A stretch of 63,772 nt of DNA, the filler included, from Octopus bimaculoides (Eukaryota): the NCBI RefSeq assembly GCF_001194135.2. It is 5 parts of 5 records of this genome, joined end to end, with 100 filler letters (N's around TTAATTAATTAA, not from the genome) between each part and the next. Parts side by side here need not be neighbours in the genome. Positions count along the whole stretch, not along the records: positions 57,874 to 63,772 come from NC_068982.1; 4 more parts are not named here. The stretch is one strand, 5' to 3'. Position 1 is the stretch's first letter. Each line of letters starts with the position of its first letter. The translations under genes and the position numbers were made by a program. The notes under the pieces are model-generated. The model did not search any database and was not told where the DNA came from. It was given only the letters and a program-made list of their open reading frames with translations. Positions 63,661-63,772 of the stretch are shown one piece after another.

Positions 63661-63772
63661 TAAAATTCTGAAGGCATTTGGAGCCCTCTTAACGCTATAT
63701 ATAGATCAACTCATACCCCACAAATTGGTCTCGGTCCAGTTTCTCTTTGAGAACTGTTCCGTGTACCACACG

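Overview
Eukaryotic, AT-rich, repeat-dominated genomic DNA with many N gaps and four artificial 100-bp contig spacers. The SINE and microsatellite landscape resembles an octopod cephalopod; this is inferred from memory and not verified. Most ORFs in the supplied track are microsatellite or N artefacts. Genes: (1) a minus-strand FAM122/PABIR-like PP2A regulator with six exons recovered between 40410 and 34612; one internal exon and the N-terminal exons are not visible; (2) a plus-strand Pro/Gln/Tyr-rich protein with a PPxY motif, an 18-bp coding repeat and one C-terminal transmembrane helix (exons 59280-59647 and 62867-62998, possibly 51122-51149); (3) weakly supported plus-strand exons at 5-18 kb. 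Mobile DNA: at least five SINE-like families, remnants of RTE, CR1/L2-like and Penelope-like retroelements, DD37D (maT), mariner and Tc1-like transposase remnants, and Tc1-, Tc2- and hAT-type MITEs. The most notable non-coding signal is a set of five unrelated minimal type-I hammerhead ribozyme motifs with palindromic or near-palindromic stem III. Two of them lie in short non-coding Penelope-like foldback insertions flanked by 14-15 bp target-site duplications. All homology calls are by eye, with no database search.
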